Assembly: GCA_025058055.1 (NCBI GenBank)
Contig: JANXEU010000028.1
Span: forward strand, 23,711-87,710
Length of the DNA stretch: 64,000 nt
Source of the DNA: Candidatus Calditenuaceae archaeon
GTDB taxonomy: Archaea; Thermoproteota; Nitrososphaeria_A; Caldarchaeales; Calditenuaceae
Direction: 5' to 3'
How positions within the stretch are numbered: the stretch's first letter is position 1; each line of letters starts with the position of its first letter. This document shows positions 40,952-49,858 of the stretch, piece after piece. The notes below the pieces were generated by a model. That model was not told the origin of the DNA. It was given only the letters and a program-made list of their open reading frames with translations, and did not search any database. The translations under genes were made by a program, and so were the position numbers.

Positions 40952-42489
40952 CTCACTACTCTCGGAACGGTGGGAACGTACCTCATCTTCTCCCTTATCG
41001 ACTTGGGCCACTCGTCTAACTCGAACCCATGCCTCGCGAGAAACGCAGAAGCCCACCTGGTGATCCCGTGACCAACACAACCCGTCCATACGGGCCTGTC
41101 CTTCACTTCTTTTATTCTGAAAGCGTTAACATAAAAGTCTCGGTGTACGGTGGCGGCTGTAATCTCAAGCCAGTCGGTCCTCTCCCTTTCTCCTCTGTAG
41201 GCCATGTAGACTTCAACGTCAAGAGTCGGGATCTTCGCTGACGTGGAGACGTCTATCACCCTCTTTCTGGCTTCGTCAGGAGAGAGGTAGAAAGGTGCGC
41301 CAGCGACCACCCGCCACTCGAGGTCCAGCTCCTTGTCGACGAGCTCAACGGTCCTGTCTATGATCGAGTCCCTGAGCTCCAGAGCGTCCTCCGGAGAGGC
41401 GAGAAAGACCATCTCCATCCTCATGAACTCGTTGGTCCTGACAATCCCCTCTACTCCACCAGCTTCGTTGCGCCAAGTCCATCCTCCCATCACGTCGAAT
41501 GCCTTCACAGGCAGGTCCTCGAGCTTGACGTACTCTTGGCTGAAGAACTGGTAGAAGGGTGGGCACTGTACCGCGTCCAGTACGTACCTCGGGTCCTCCA
41601 GAGCACCCCTCAGAAGGTCGACCCTCAGCTCTCTCCGGAGCGAGTACTCGCGCTTGAACTCCGCGAAGGCCCCGGGATCTCTGGGCGGTGGGCAGACGTA
41701 GAAGAGCCCTTCTGGCAGGTGTTCTACGTAGGTGGAGAGCTTTTGGAACACCTCCATCGGCAGTAGCCTCGGGAAGACCCACTCTTGGAAACCGAGTGGA
41801 ACGCAGATCCGCTCTATTATCAGTTGGACTATCGACCTGACGAGGGAAGCCATTGGAGGCGAGTAAATCCATTGACCCCTACCGGGGAACCTCTTTATCC
41901 ACCCGCGTGCTTCCGCGGCCTGACCAACGTCTTCGATCACCCTCTGCGGCTTCTCGACGCCCCGCCTCAGGACCGTGCCAAAGGTAGCAGGCACAACGAT
42001 CTCCTCTGCCACCGCAGCGACCCTTACCCTCCTCATGGCTCTCTCAACGACTCTGTCCTGGAGCTCCTTCTCTGTCAGACCGGTGAACCTCACCATCAGG
42101 ACCCCGCTCCGGCCCTCAACCTCAGCAACCCCCTCGAGCTCCCTCTCGGCCCTCTGCAGGTCGAACCCCCTCTCCAGCTGAACCGTCAGCTCGTCCAGAA
42201 CTGTCCCTCTAACCCCGACCCTGTAAGACCTCCCCATGACCTCAGCGAGCGCGTTCTTCGCCCTCAGAACAGCGTCGGTCGCCCACACGGCACTCCCAGA
42301 CTCGACCTCGAAGACCACCTCGTTACCCCTGATCTCGAACCTGATCAGCTTCGCACCTTCCGCAGCCTTCTCCGGCGAGACGCCCTTAGAGAGGGCCGCG
42401 TTGACCTCGCCGACCACCCTCTCAAGCCCCGCTACGTCGACGGCCGGTTGAGAGCTGAGAACGAACCTTCCCTTCGCGTGCATCCTCAA
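40948..42489 (-). CDS. serS: Seryl-tRNA synthetase, atypical methanogen-type (zinc-dependent)
   Basis: 513 aa with no bacterial-type N-terminal coiled coil. By-eye matches to M. barkeri-type SerRS: GWIKRFPGRGQWIYSPP, FYVCPPPRDP, VQCPPFY, WRNEAGGVEG, VWTGCVGHGITRWASAFLARHG. The Cys/Glu/Cys zinc-ligand positions appear conserved. The start may be ATG 42483. Confidence 0.7.
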   Translation of the reverse strand: MRMHAKGRFVLSSQPAVDVAGLERVVGEVNAALSKGVSPEKAAEGAKLIRFEIRGNEVVFEVESGSAVWATDAVLRAKNALAEVMGRSYRVGVRGTVLDELTVQLERGFDLQRAERELEGVAEVEGRSGVLMVRFTGLTEKELQDRVVERAMRRVRVAAVAEEIVVPATFGTVLRRGVEKPQRVIEDVGQAAEARGWIKRFPGRGQWIYSPPMASLVRSIVQLIIERICVPLGFQEWVFPRLLPMEVFQKLSTYVEHLPEGLFYVCPPPRDPGAFAEFKREYSLRRELRVDLLRGALEDPRYVLDAVQCPPFYQFFSQEYVKLEDLPVKAFDVMGGWTWRNEAGGVEGIVRTNEFMRMEMVFLASPEDALELRDSIIDRTVELVDKELDLEWRVVAGAPFYLSPDEARKRVIDVSTSAKIPTLDVEVYMAYRGERERTDWLEITAATVHRDFYVNAFRIKEVKDRPVWTGCVGHGITRWASAFLARHGFELDEWPKSIREKMRYVPTVPRVVR

Positions 42490-42566
42490 AGCCTTTCGCC
42501 GACCAAGTGGCTCTCCGGTAAGATAAACTTACGCAAAGGCAGCGACCGACGATTTGCCGTGCAGGC

Positions 42567-42574
42567 AAATATAT
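42567..42574 (+). promoter_or_regulatory. TATA-like box for tfs
   Basis: aaatatat ends 28 nt upstream of ATG 42602. Sequence-only inference. Confidence 0.35.
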
Positions 42575-42601
42575 GAGTCAAGTTGGATGGGTGAAGAGGG
42601 G

Positions 42602-42943
42602 ATGGAGTTCTGTCCGAAGTGCGGCAGCTTCATGACGACGGCGCGGACGAGCGGCGGTGTGGCCCTAGTCTGCAAGAGATGTGGCTACAAGAAGGTCGGC
42701 GGAACGGTCGAGATCAAGCTGCGCTCTCCCAACAGACCTACGAGCAGACAGAGGGCCGGAATATTAGTTGAGGACTCGGCTGAGGAGTCATCGGTCCATC
42801 CGAAGTCGACCGACGTAGTCTGCCCCGAGTGCGGTAACAGAGAGGCCTACTGGTGGACCGTTCAGACGAGATCTGCTGACGAGCCTATGACGCAGTTCTT
42901 CAGGTGCACGAAGTGCGGACACACTTGGCGCGAATACTCCTGA
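42602..42943 (+). CDS. tfs: Transcription factor S (TFS / RpoM-like transcript cleavage factor)
   Basis: Trimmed to MEFCPKCGSFM. The N-terminal zinc ribbon (CPKCG...CKRCG) and C-terminal ribbon CPECG...QTRSADEPMTQFFRCTKCGHTW carry the acidic DE hairpin. Confidence 0.9.
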   Translation: MEFCPKCGSFMTTARTSGGVALVCKRCGYKKVGGTVEIKLRSPNRPTSRQRAGILVEDSAEESSVHPKSTDVVCPECGNREAYWWTVQTRSADEPMTQFFRCTKCGHTWREYS

Positions 42944-42959
42944 ATTCCTACCGCCCGAA

Positions 42960-43679
42960 TCACTTCTCCACGAGAACTGCTCTCTTCCTGCAGCCGACTG
43001 GGAACTTGATGGAGTTCCACACCTCTTCCCGTGCGTAAAGCGAGTAGATCCCCGAGCATCTGATACCGAGGTCTTGAATCGTGGTAAAGAACTCTGTAAG
43101 AGGGCTGGGCGAGTCGACGGAACTCGCGAATAGCGCTATGCCGTCCTTGTGCTGTTTGATGGTTGACGGAACCCAGAGGTGTCGTGAGGAGAAATCGCCA
43201 GCTGGTCTGTAAGCGACACAGACGTAATTTTCGACGTCACACATGGGCCGCTCATTCACCATCACGAGGGCACATCCAGTAGTGAGAGAGAACGCCGCTA
43301 CGAGCGGAATCACAGGAGGATCGAGGTTGACCGCAGCTACGACTCTTGTCCCCTCGAACGTTCTAATCGCGTGATATGCGAGCACCTTTATGGCCATACT
43401 ATCGGAGATCAACCGGAGGAGCCCTAGATCGCGATCAGAACTGAGGTACTCCCGCACCAGCTCTTCGGGTCTGACCAGCTCGAGGGCCCGCTTCATTATG
43501 TCCTTAGCTATGGCAGGCCTAGGGAGCGTCTTCCCGTGAAGGTATCTGACTAGCGTTGACTGAGGTATACCGAAGAGCTTCGAGAGCTTTCTGTAATTGT
43601 ACCTGCTCTTGAGAAAGTTGAGGACGTCTATCGCGGCGGTAACGTTCTCCGTAGAGACAACCGTCCTGCGCGAAGTCAT
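42960..43679 (-). CDS. HTH DNA-binding domain fused to a degenerate phosphoribosyltransferase-like domain (GfcR/PurR-like regulator architecture)
   Basis: N-terminal HTH (YRKLSKLFGIPQSTLVRYLHGK) and a C-terminal PRT-like fold pattern. The PRPP-binding motif is degenerate (IALFASSVDSPSPLTE). Confidence 0.45.
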   Translation of the reverse strand: MTSRRTVVSTENVTAAIDVLNFLKSRYNYRKLSKLFGIPQSTLVRYLHGKTLPRPAIAKDIMKRALELVRPEELVREYLSSDRDLGLLRLISDSMAIKVLAYHAIRTFEGTRVVAAVNLDPPVIPLVAAFSLTTGCALVMVNERPMCDVENYVCVAYRPAGDFSSRHLWVPSTIKQHKDGIALFASSVDSPSPLTEFFTTIQDLGIRCSGIYSLYAREEVWNSIKFPVGCRKRAVLVEK

Positions 43680-43751
43680 TCTCCACCTTGTGAATTATCT
43701 AGAAGTTAAGCGATTCGTGTCATCACAGAAAAGGAACTCAGGCTTCGACGC

Positions 43752-44267
43752 TCAGAGCCTCAGATTCCTCCTGAAGTGTTCGGGTAGGGATCCCAGCAGA
43801 CGATCGTAGGTGCCCGAGAGGAGCTCCGGCAAGATCTTAGTATCTCCTATCACAGGCATGAAGTTGGTGTCTCCAACCCATCTGGGTACCACATGCATGT
43901 GAATGTGGTCTTCGATCCCGGCTCCTGCTGCCTTACCGAGGTTCATCCCGACGTTGTAACCTGAAGGTCTGTAGGCTTTGTTGAGCAGTTCAACTGAGAG
44001 TCTAGTCAGATTCATCATCTCCGCCAGCTCCTCGTCCCTGAGTCTCATGATGTCGCCGACGTGTCTAACAGTCGCGACCATGAGGTGGCCGGTGTTGTAG
44101 GGGAAGGCGTTCAGGACGACGAAGGCCCTCCTCCCCCTAATGAGGACCAAGTTCCTCCTGTCCTCGTTACCGTTGAATTTCTGACAGAAGACGCACTCAT
44201 CCCTCGTTCCTGACTTCACGGCGCGCTCGATGTAACCCATCCTCCATGGGGCCCAGAGCCTTTCCAC
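43752..44267 (-). CDS. HIT (histidine triad) family nucleotide hydrolase/transferase
   Basis: Histidine triad HIHMHVVPR and the N-terminal WAPWRMGYI typical of this branch. Confidence 0.8.
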   Translation of the reverse strand: MERLWAPWRMGYIERAVKSGTRDECVFCQKFNGNEDRRNLVLIRGRRAFVVLNAFPYNTGHLMVATVRHVGDIMRLRDEELAEMMNLTRLSVELLNKAYRPSGYNVGMNLGKAAGAGIEDHIHMHVVPRWVGDTNFMPVIGDTKILPELLSGTYDRLLGSLPEHFRRNLRL

Positions 44268-44356
44268 ACTTCACCGAACAGATTGCCGTGTCCTTAAAGC
44301 TTGACCCTCACGAGCAGGGCACGGTTATTTCCTGCACCACAGACGGTGAGAGAAGC

Positions 44357-44557
44357 ATGGGAGGCCTCTACTACGTAGTCAGGTGCCTCAAATGTTCAGG
44401 GATATCAGTCACTAGGGCAAGGAAGGTCCACAAGTGCCCCTTTTGCGGAGAGCGTGTGACCATCAACGATTTGACTGTCCTTCACGTAACCAACGAGGCC
44501 AGAAGGGCAAGACAGCTGGTCTCTTTGTTGAAGGAGAGGAGGAGTATGCCTGATTAG
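44357..44557 (+). CDS. Small zinc-ribbon protein (DUF1922-like)
   Basis: Trimmed to MGGLYYVVRCLKCSG...CPFCGERV (CxxC...CxxC), 66 aa. The family name is from memory. Confidence 0.45.
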   Translation: MGGLYYVVRCLKCSGISVTRARKVHKCPFCGERVTINDLTVLHVTNEARRARQLVSLLKERRSMPD

Positions 44558-45690
44558 ATCGAGTGGAGCTCCACGACCTCCTCGTCGCCGTTGAAGACCA
44601 TCTCCCTTGATGGAGAGGCCCATTCGACCTCCTTGCCGGTTGTTACCGAGTCAAGGAGCAGCTCTGCCACCCCAGCTGACCTCATGAGGCCGTATCCGTC
44701 GAGACCGTCAACAATGAAGCAGTTGCTGGTGCCCGGCACCCTTCCTATCAGCGGCATGCCATCGCTAGTGGAGCTACACGGACCGCTCCATCCACCAACA
44801 ACGAAGAACTTCTCCGGTGTCCTCACTCTCTTCAACAACAGGTCAACTATGTGATGGACGTATTCGATCTCGACTGCACCGATCGCGTCCTCAACTCTCT
44901 CTACGACCTTTGAGTAACCGTTACCTGCGATCGATGTCATCCCGATGTCCTTACGCATGTAGAGGTGATTCTCGGCGACGTAAAAGGGAACGTACCGATT
45001 CGGCGCTGCCGTTTTGACCTTAACGACCTGACACCTGTATATCACGGTGGGCACGTCGTATATCCCGAGCTCCGACATTAGCGTCTTGTTCCAAGGACCG
45101 GCTGCGAAGACAACGCTGTCAGCGCGTATCAGTCCCTCTCTGTCGAGCACAATACCCTCTATCGAGTCTCCGGACTTGCGCGCTTCAATTATCTTGCTCC
45201 GTGAGTAGACATCTATCTCTAGCAGACGACACAGCTTCGAGTACGCCTTTCCTAGTTGATCTGAGTCCACCACCTTGTCCCTGTAAGTACGGAGGCCTCT
45301 TTCGTAATCCCTGATCGTGAGGAACGGAACCGCATCACGCACCTCACTCTCATCGAGTACTTCGTATTTCACGCTCTGTGACGACAGTACTCTGGCCGAC
45401 TCTTCCACCATCCAATAGGGTTCGATGGTCACGAACCCAGTCTCCTCCATGAACTCGACCTCCGAAGTCCTTTGAACGCTCTCAAGAACCTCGATCGTCC
45501 TCAAAGCAAGCCTAACGTCCTCCTCTAGACTCAACTGAGTCGTGACTATTCCGGCACTGAAACCTGTAGCGCCGCTTAGTACGTTACCTCGTTCCACCAA
45601 TGCAACTCTGAACCCTTTCGCCGCTGACAAGTACGCGGTTGCGAGCCCAACGGCACCACCGCCTACGATCATGATATCATACGAGGGCAA
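44554..45690 (-). CDS. FAD-dependent oxidoreductase (DAO family: glycine/sarcosine/D-amino-acid oxidase-like)
   Basis: N-terminal dinucleotide fold YDIMIVGGGAVGLATAYLSAAKGFRVALVERG; 378 aa. Confidence 0.75.
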   Translation of the reverse strand: MPSYDIMIVGGGAVGLATAYLSAAKGFRVALVERGNVLSGATGFSAGIVTTQLSLEEDVRLALRTIEVLESVQRTSEVEFMEETGFVTIEPYWMVEESARVLSSQSVKYEVLDESEVRDAVPFLTIRDYERGLRTYRDKVVDSDQLGKAYSKLCRLLEIDVYSRSKIIEARKSGDSIEGIVLDREGLIRADSVVFAAGPWNKTLMSELGIYDVPTVIYRCQVVKVKTAAPNRYVPFYVAENHLYMRKDIGMTSIAGNGYSKVVERVEDAIGAVEIEYVHHIVDLLLKRVRTPEKFFVVGGWSGPCSSTSDGMPLIGRVPGTSNCFIVDGLDGYGLMRSAGVAELLLDSVTTGKEVEWASPSREMVFNGDEEVVELHSI

Positions 45691-45822
45691 GCCTAATCCC
45701 CGTATTGTTTCGGTGCTGATCAGATATAACTGTGGAGTCTTATATTATCTGCAATTTGGCACGATGATATAATAAAAACCAACCGTTAAATTATCACAAA
45801 TAAAAGAACGGAATATCAAGAT

Positions 45823-47202
45823 TCATTTCTTAGACCTATTGGTTAAGTACCTATTAAATATATAATGAAACTTTTTTACAACATCTGTAGCATCGAAACC
45901 CAGTATAAGAATCATAGGTTCCTTTCCGTAGTCTCCGACGTGGTATATGATGTCTGTCACATTGCCGGCGGCCTTATAGGCTTCAGAGACTCCCCACCTT
46001 ATCGTCATACCCTCTACGGACTTGATCGAAGGAGGCTCCCTGGACCTGTCATAGCTGGAAACCGAGAAACCGAGACTCTTGGCGGCCTCGAGGAACTCGT
46101 GATCGAATTTCACGTTCATCCCGGCTCTGAACCTTTTGTCGAGTGAGTGCGCGGTTACGACAGCAGACGCGACGTGTTTCGATCCACCCGGTACCGGACA
46201 AGCGTTGACTCTGAGCCTACTCCCGACCCTTATGATCCGACCGGAGAGACCTATTACGTCCTCGACGCGCTCGCCGTGAGGCACGACTTCAACTAGGTTG
46301 ATCATCGACTCCGGACACATGAGTCCTCCCTCCTCTATGGACTCGAGGTACTCCGCAGCAGACCTCACCCTCTCACACGACTCGAACATGTAGGCCTTCC
46401 TGAGAGTCGACCAGACGGGGTTAACAGGCCCGGCCCCGCGGCCTAGGTCAAGTCCATATCTTATCGCGTCGGTCACGAACTCCTTCGCAAGTCTCACCGA
46501 CTCAACGATCTCCCGACCGTGGGCGAGGTGAGCTGCTATCGCAGAGGCGAAGACGCATCCCGTGCCGTGAGTGTTCTTCGAATCGATACGCTCGCCCTCG
46601 AGCTTCACGACGTCGCCTTCATGATAGACCACGTCTACCACCTTTTGCCCTTGAACGTGTCCTCCCTTTACGACAACCGTCCGACAACCGAGTCGTGCTA
46701 TCTCCTTGGCAGCCTTCACTTGGTTCTCTACCGTCTTCACCTCGAACCCACAGAGACGCTCGGCCTCCCTAGCGTTGGGTGTGACGACGGTCGCCAAGGG
46801 AAGAAGCTCTAACTTCAGCGACTCGACTGCATCCGGCATCAGAAGGGGCGCACCGCTCTTCGCTACCATTACGGGGTCGACCACCACAGGGGCGCTGGTT
46901 CTTCTGAGTTCGGCCGCTACAGCCCGAATTATCGAGCTAGTGTGGAGCATCCCGGTCTTAATCGAGTCGACTCCGATGTCATCGACGCAGACGCGTATCT
47001 GTTCCACAACCATCTCCGGATCTAGGTCCACCACCCTTGTCACCTGATGTGTGTTCTGAGCCGTGATCGAAGTTATGGCAGACATTCCGTGAACACCGAG
47101 CGCTGCGAAGGTCTTCAAGTCGGCCTGAATTCCAGCTCCTCCACCAGAGTCTGACCCGGCAATCGTGAGGGCCCTAGGTATCCTCACCGAGTCGACACCC
47201 AA
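45823..47202 (-). CDS. thiDN: Bifunctional ThiD (HMP/HMP-P kinase) - ThiN (thiamine-phosphate synthase, archaeal type) fusion
   Basis: N-terminal ALTIAGSDSGGGAGIQADLKTFAALGVHGMSAITSITAQNT and GCVFASAIAA, plus a C-terminal ~170-aa ThiN-like domain. TTG start. Confidence 0.85.
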   Translation of the reverse strand: MGVDSVRIPRALTIAGSDSGGGAGIQADLKTFAALGVHGMSAITSITAQNTHQVTRVVDLDPEMVVEQIRVCVDDIGVDSIKTGMLHTSSIIRAVAAELRRTSAPVVVDPVMVAKSGAPLLMPDAVESLKLELLPLATVVTPNAREAERLCGFEVKTVENQVKAAKEIARLGCRTVVVKGGHVQGQKVVDVVYHEGDVVKLEGERIDSKNTHGTGCVFASAIAAHLAHGREIVESVRLAKEFVTDAIRYGLDLGRGAGPVNPVWSTLRKAYMFESCERVRSAAEYLESIEEGGLMCPESMINLVEVVPHGERVEDVIGLSGRIIRVGSRLRVNACPVPGGSKHVASAVVTAHSLDKRFRAGMNVKFDHEFLEAAKSLGFSVSSYDRSREPPSIKSVEGMTIRWGVSEAYKAAGNVTDIIYHVGDYGKEPMILILGFDATDVVKKFHYIFNRYLTNRSKK

Positions 47203-47541
47203 CTGCAGCCAGAACGCTCCTCAGCCATAAGGGTTGATCGATCGAACTCGGGACCGTCTCTCGTTCAAATATATTATCTCCGGATCATCGCTCCGTCCTC
47301 ACCCACAGAGTCGCGACGGAAAACCGCAGATGCTCCATTGTAGCCTACCTCAAAAGGCCTCTCACAGCTAAGCTTCCGCTCACAGTTCTGGCCCTGAGTA
47401 GTCCAGACCCCTCGACCTCGGCGTTCCAAAAGTCAACCCGGAAGCGAACAGAGCGGCTCACGACATGAAATGTGCGCGATCGCAGCGACGAGGTAAGCGA
47501 ACTTTCGAAGCACTAATCTCAAGCCCCTTCGGAGAAAGGCC

Positions 47542-48666
47542 GTGGGAAGAGTCGCGGTCGTCGGTGGCGGTCCCGCAGGTCTGATAGCTGCCAGAGAGCT
47601 CGCGGAATACGGCCATGACGTGACGGTCTTCGAGGAGGACGAGATGATAGGAAGACCAGAGCACTGCGCGGGCCTCTACAGCATTCACGGCCTCCGGAGG
47701 ATCGGAGCATGGACGCCGAGATACGTATTGAACTCGGTGAGAGGTGCTGTCTTCAGGTCCTCGAGGGGTAAGGAGCTGGTGGTTAAGAGACACACGCCGG
47801 TCGCGGTGGCGGCCAGCAGGGAGGAACTCGACCGTTACCTCGCCGAGCTCTCGGCCTCAAGGGGCGCAGAAATCGAGATAGGACGAAGGGTGGACGGCGT
47901 GAACCTCAGGGACGGCCCTCAACTCCTCCTCAATGGAGGATGGCACCGGTTCGACGCGGTAGTCATAGCGGAGGGCATGAAGCGGTCGCTGACGAAGAAG
48001 CTCTTCGGGCCTGCGGTCAGAGCCTCTCCCATTCCAATAGTCCAATCGCTGATCAGAGGCCACGGGTTAAGTCCCGATATGGTTTACGTCTGGTTCGAGC
48101 GGTATCTGGAGGACTACTTCGCTTACGCGGTACCGCTGAACGAGGAGCTCGCGAGGATAGGCCTGGCCTCGAGAAGCGAGACGTTGCATACGCTGGAGAG
48201 GTTCACCGGCGAGAAGTTCCCCAGAGCTAAGGTGCTCGGCTATCAGATACACACCCTCTGGCTCGAAGGCCCGCTTGATGTGGGTCTGGAAGGCCGGACT
48301 GTCCTAGTAGGCGATTGTGCAGGCCAAACCAAACCGCTCACCGGCGGTGGGGTGGTAATGGGAGGAATCTGTGCCATGGCTGCAGCGAGACACGTCCACA
48401 CACTGCTGGAGGAAGGCAGGGACGGCACGTACAGGAGGTTGACCAAATGGATCTACTACGACCTGAAGGCTACCAGGTTCCTCAGAGACCAGATGAGGAG
48501 CAAGGTCGGCATGGACGTGCTGATCGAACTGGCTGCTGAGTCAGGCATCGAGAAGAAGCTCTCCGCGCTTGGAGACATGGACTTTCACGCTCTGTCGGTC
48601 CTCAGGTCGCTTCCCTCCCTAAGCGGTCTGAAATTCCTCGCGAGGCTTCTGAGGGCGCTGATCTAA
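47542..48666 (+). CDS. Geranylgeranyl reductase-family flavoprotein (digeranylgeranylglycerophospholipid reductase-like)
   Basis: [32 protein letters not shown] fold and [16 protein letters not shown] motif. GTG start. Confidence 0.8.
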   Translation: MGRVAVVGGGPAGLIAARELAEYGHDVTVFEEDEMIGRPEHCAGLYSIHGLRRIGAWTPRYVLNSVRGAVFRSSRGKELVVKRHTPVAVAASREELDRYLAELSASRGAEIEIGRRVDGVNLRDGPQLLLNGGWHRFDAVVIAEGMKRSLTKKLFGPAVRASPIPIVQSLIRGHGLSPDMVYVWFERYLEDYFAYAVPLNEELARIGLASRSETLHTLERFTGEKFPRAKVLGYQIHTLWLEGPLDVGLEGRTVLVGDCAGQTKPLTGGGVVMGGICAMAAARHVHTLLEEGRDGTYRRLTKWIYYDLKATRFLRDQMRSKVGMDVLIELAAESGIEKKLSALGDMDFHALSVLRSLPSLSGLKFLARLLRALI

Positions 48667-49799
48667 TGGCGCTCCTCGATAGGTACGTACTTCTGCCCAG
48701 CTGGAGGTCCGACGTAAAGGTGCAGAGGCCTGATCAGCCTGTTGTCCTTCCAGTACTCCAACACGTGGGCTACCCATCCGACGATCCTACTGACCGCGAA
48801 CACGGCTGTGAAGTAATTGGGTGGTATACCGACGGCTGTGTAGACCATCGGCGTCCAGAAGTCTAAGTTCGGGAAGAGGCCCTTTGGGGCCAGTTTGGTA
48901 AGCGCCACCTCCTCCAATCTCGACGCCACCTCGTAGAGGGCCTTCACACGACCTCCCGCGATCGCGGCCGCCCTAGCGGCCATCGCCTTGACTATCTTCG
49001 CCCTCGGGTCATAGATCTTGTAGACTCTGTGGCCGAAGCCCATGACTCGTCTCCGCTCGGACAGGGCCTTCTCGAGCCAGGCCTCGACACGGTTAGGATC
49101 GCCTATCTCGACGAATTGCTGATAAGCAGCCTCGGACGCACCTCCGTGTAGCGGCCCCTTCAGAGTCATAATTCCAGTTACGATGGAGGAATAGACGTCG
49201 CTGAGCGTGGAGGCCGCCACAACGGCACCGAACGTCGATGCAGGAACGCCGTGCTCCGCGTGGAGTATTAGAATGTCATCCAGAAACTCGATCTGATAGG
49301 GCTCTGGCTTCCTAGAAGTAACCAAATAGATGAGGTTCCCGGCCACACCCAACGACGGGTCAGGGTACATCGCGTCCTCGCCTCCGTCGATCCTTATGAC
49401 GTTCCCTAGCACCGATCCAGCCTTGCCTATCGCCCTGATCGCTTGGTCCATAGGGCTTCCGTCATCGACGAGTCCCCGTCCGGTAAGAACGAAGTAAGCG
49501 GCCAGAGCATCCATCCCACTCGACCTCTTAGACACCAACCTAACTGTTTCGAGCTCTTTCTCGTCGAGCTGCATCTCTCCCTTGAGCTTCTCGACGAACG
49601 CCTCGAGCTCCGCCTTTGTCGGCAGCTTCCCTTTCAGCAGAAGGTAGGAGACCTCTTCGTAGCTGCTCTTTGCGACGAGCTCCTCAACGTCATAACCAAC
49701 GTAGTACAGCTTCCCGTTCTCCGTGTCTAAGAGGGAAAGGGCACTTTCGAGGACATATATGCCCTCCAAACCCTTATAGACCTTCAGAGGTGCTTCCAT
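48663..49799 (-). CDS. Citrate synthase / 2-methylcitrate synthase
   Basis: 378 aa with the signature [21 protein letters not shown] and NLDFW motifs. Confidence 0.9.
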   Translation of the reverse strand: MEAPLKVYKGLEGIYVLESALSLLDTENGKLYYVGYDVEELVAKSSYEEVSYLLLKGKLPTKAELEAFVEKLKGEMQLDEKELETVRLVSKRSSGMDALAAYFVLTGRGLVDDGSPMDQAIRAIGKAGSVLGNVIRIDGGEDAMYPDPSLGVAGNLIYLVTSRKPEPYQIEFLDDILILHAEHGVPASTFGAVVAASTLSDVYSSIVTGIMTLKGPLHGGASEAAYQQFVEIGDPNRVEAWLEKALSERRRVMGFGHRVYKIYDPRAKIVKAMAARAAAIAGGRVKALYEVASRLEEVALTKLAPKGLFPNLDFWTPMVYTAVGIPPNYFTAVFAVSRIVGWVAHVLEYWKDNRLIRPLHLYVGPPAGQKYVPIEERH

Positions 49800-49858
49800 G
49801 ATCGTTTTAATTAGATAATCCCGTGCTTAATAGTCTTTGCACCTAAATCGATTCGGAA

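Noticed and set aside
47203-47300. Possible TPP riboswitch upstream of thiDN
   Set aside because: In the minus sense there is GATCCGGAGATAAT, faintly like CUGAUCUGGAUAAUGCCAGCG, and a GGGGTC. The conserved CUGAGA, the GCCAGCG partner strand and the ACCC element are absent. The AT-rich part is better explained as the thiDN TATA box.
47425-47450. SRP-RNA helix-8-like string AGTCAACCCGGAAGCGAACAGAGCGG
   Set aside because: It resembles GUCAGGUCCGGAAGGAAGCAGC, but the closing base pairs and the AGCA loop are not preserved. The surrounding spacer is not GC-rich enough for a thermophile SRP RNA of about 300 nt.
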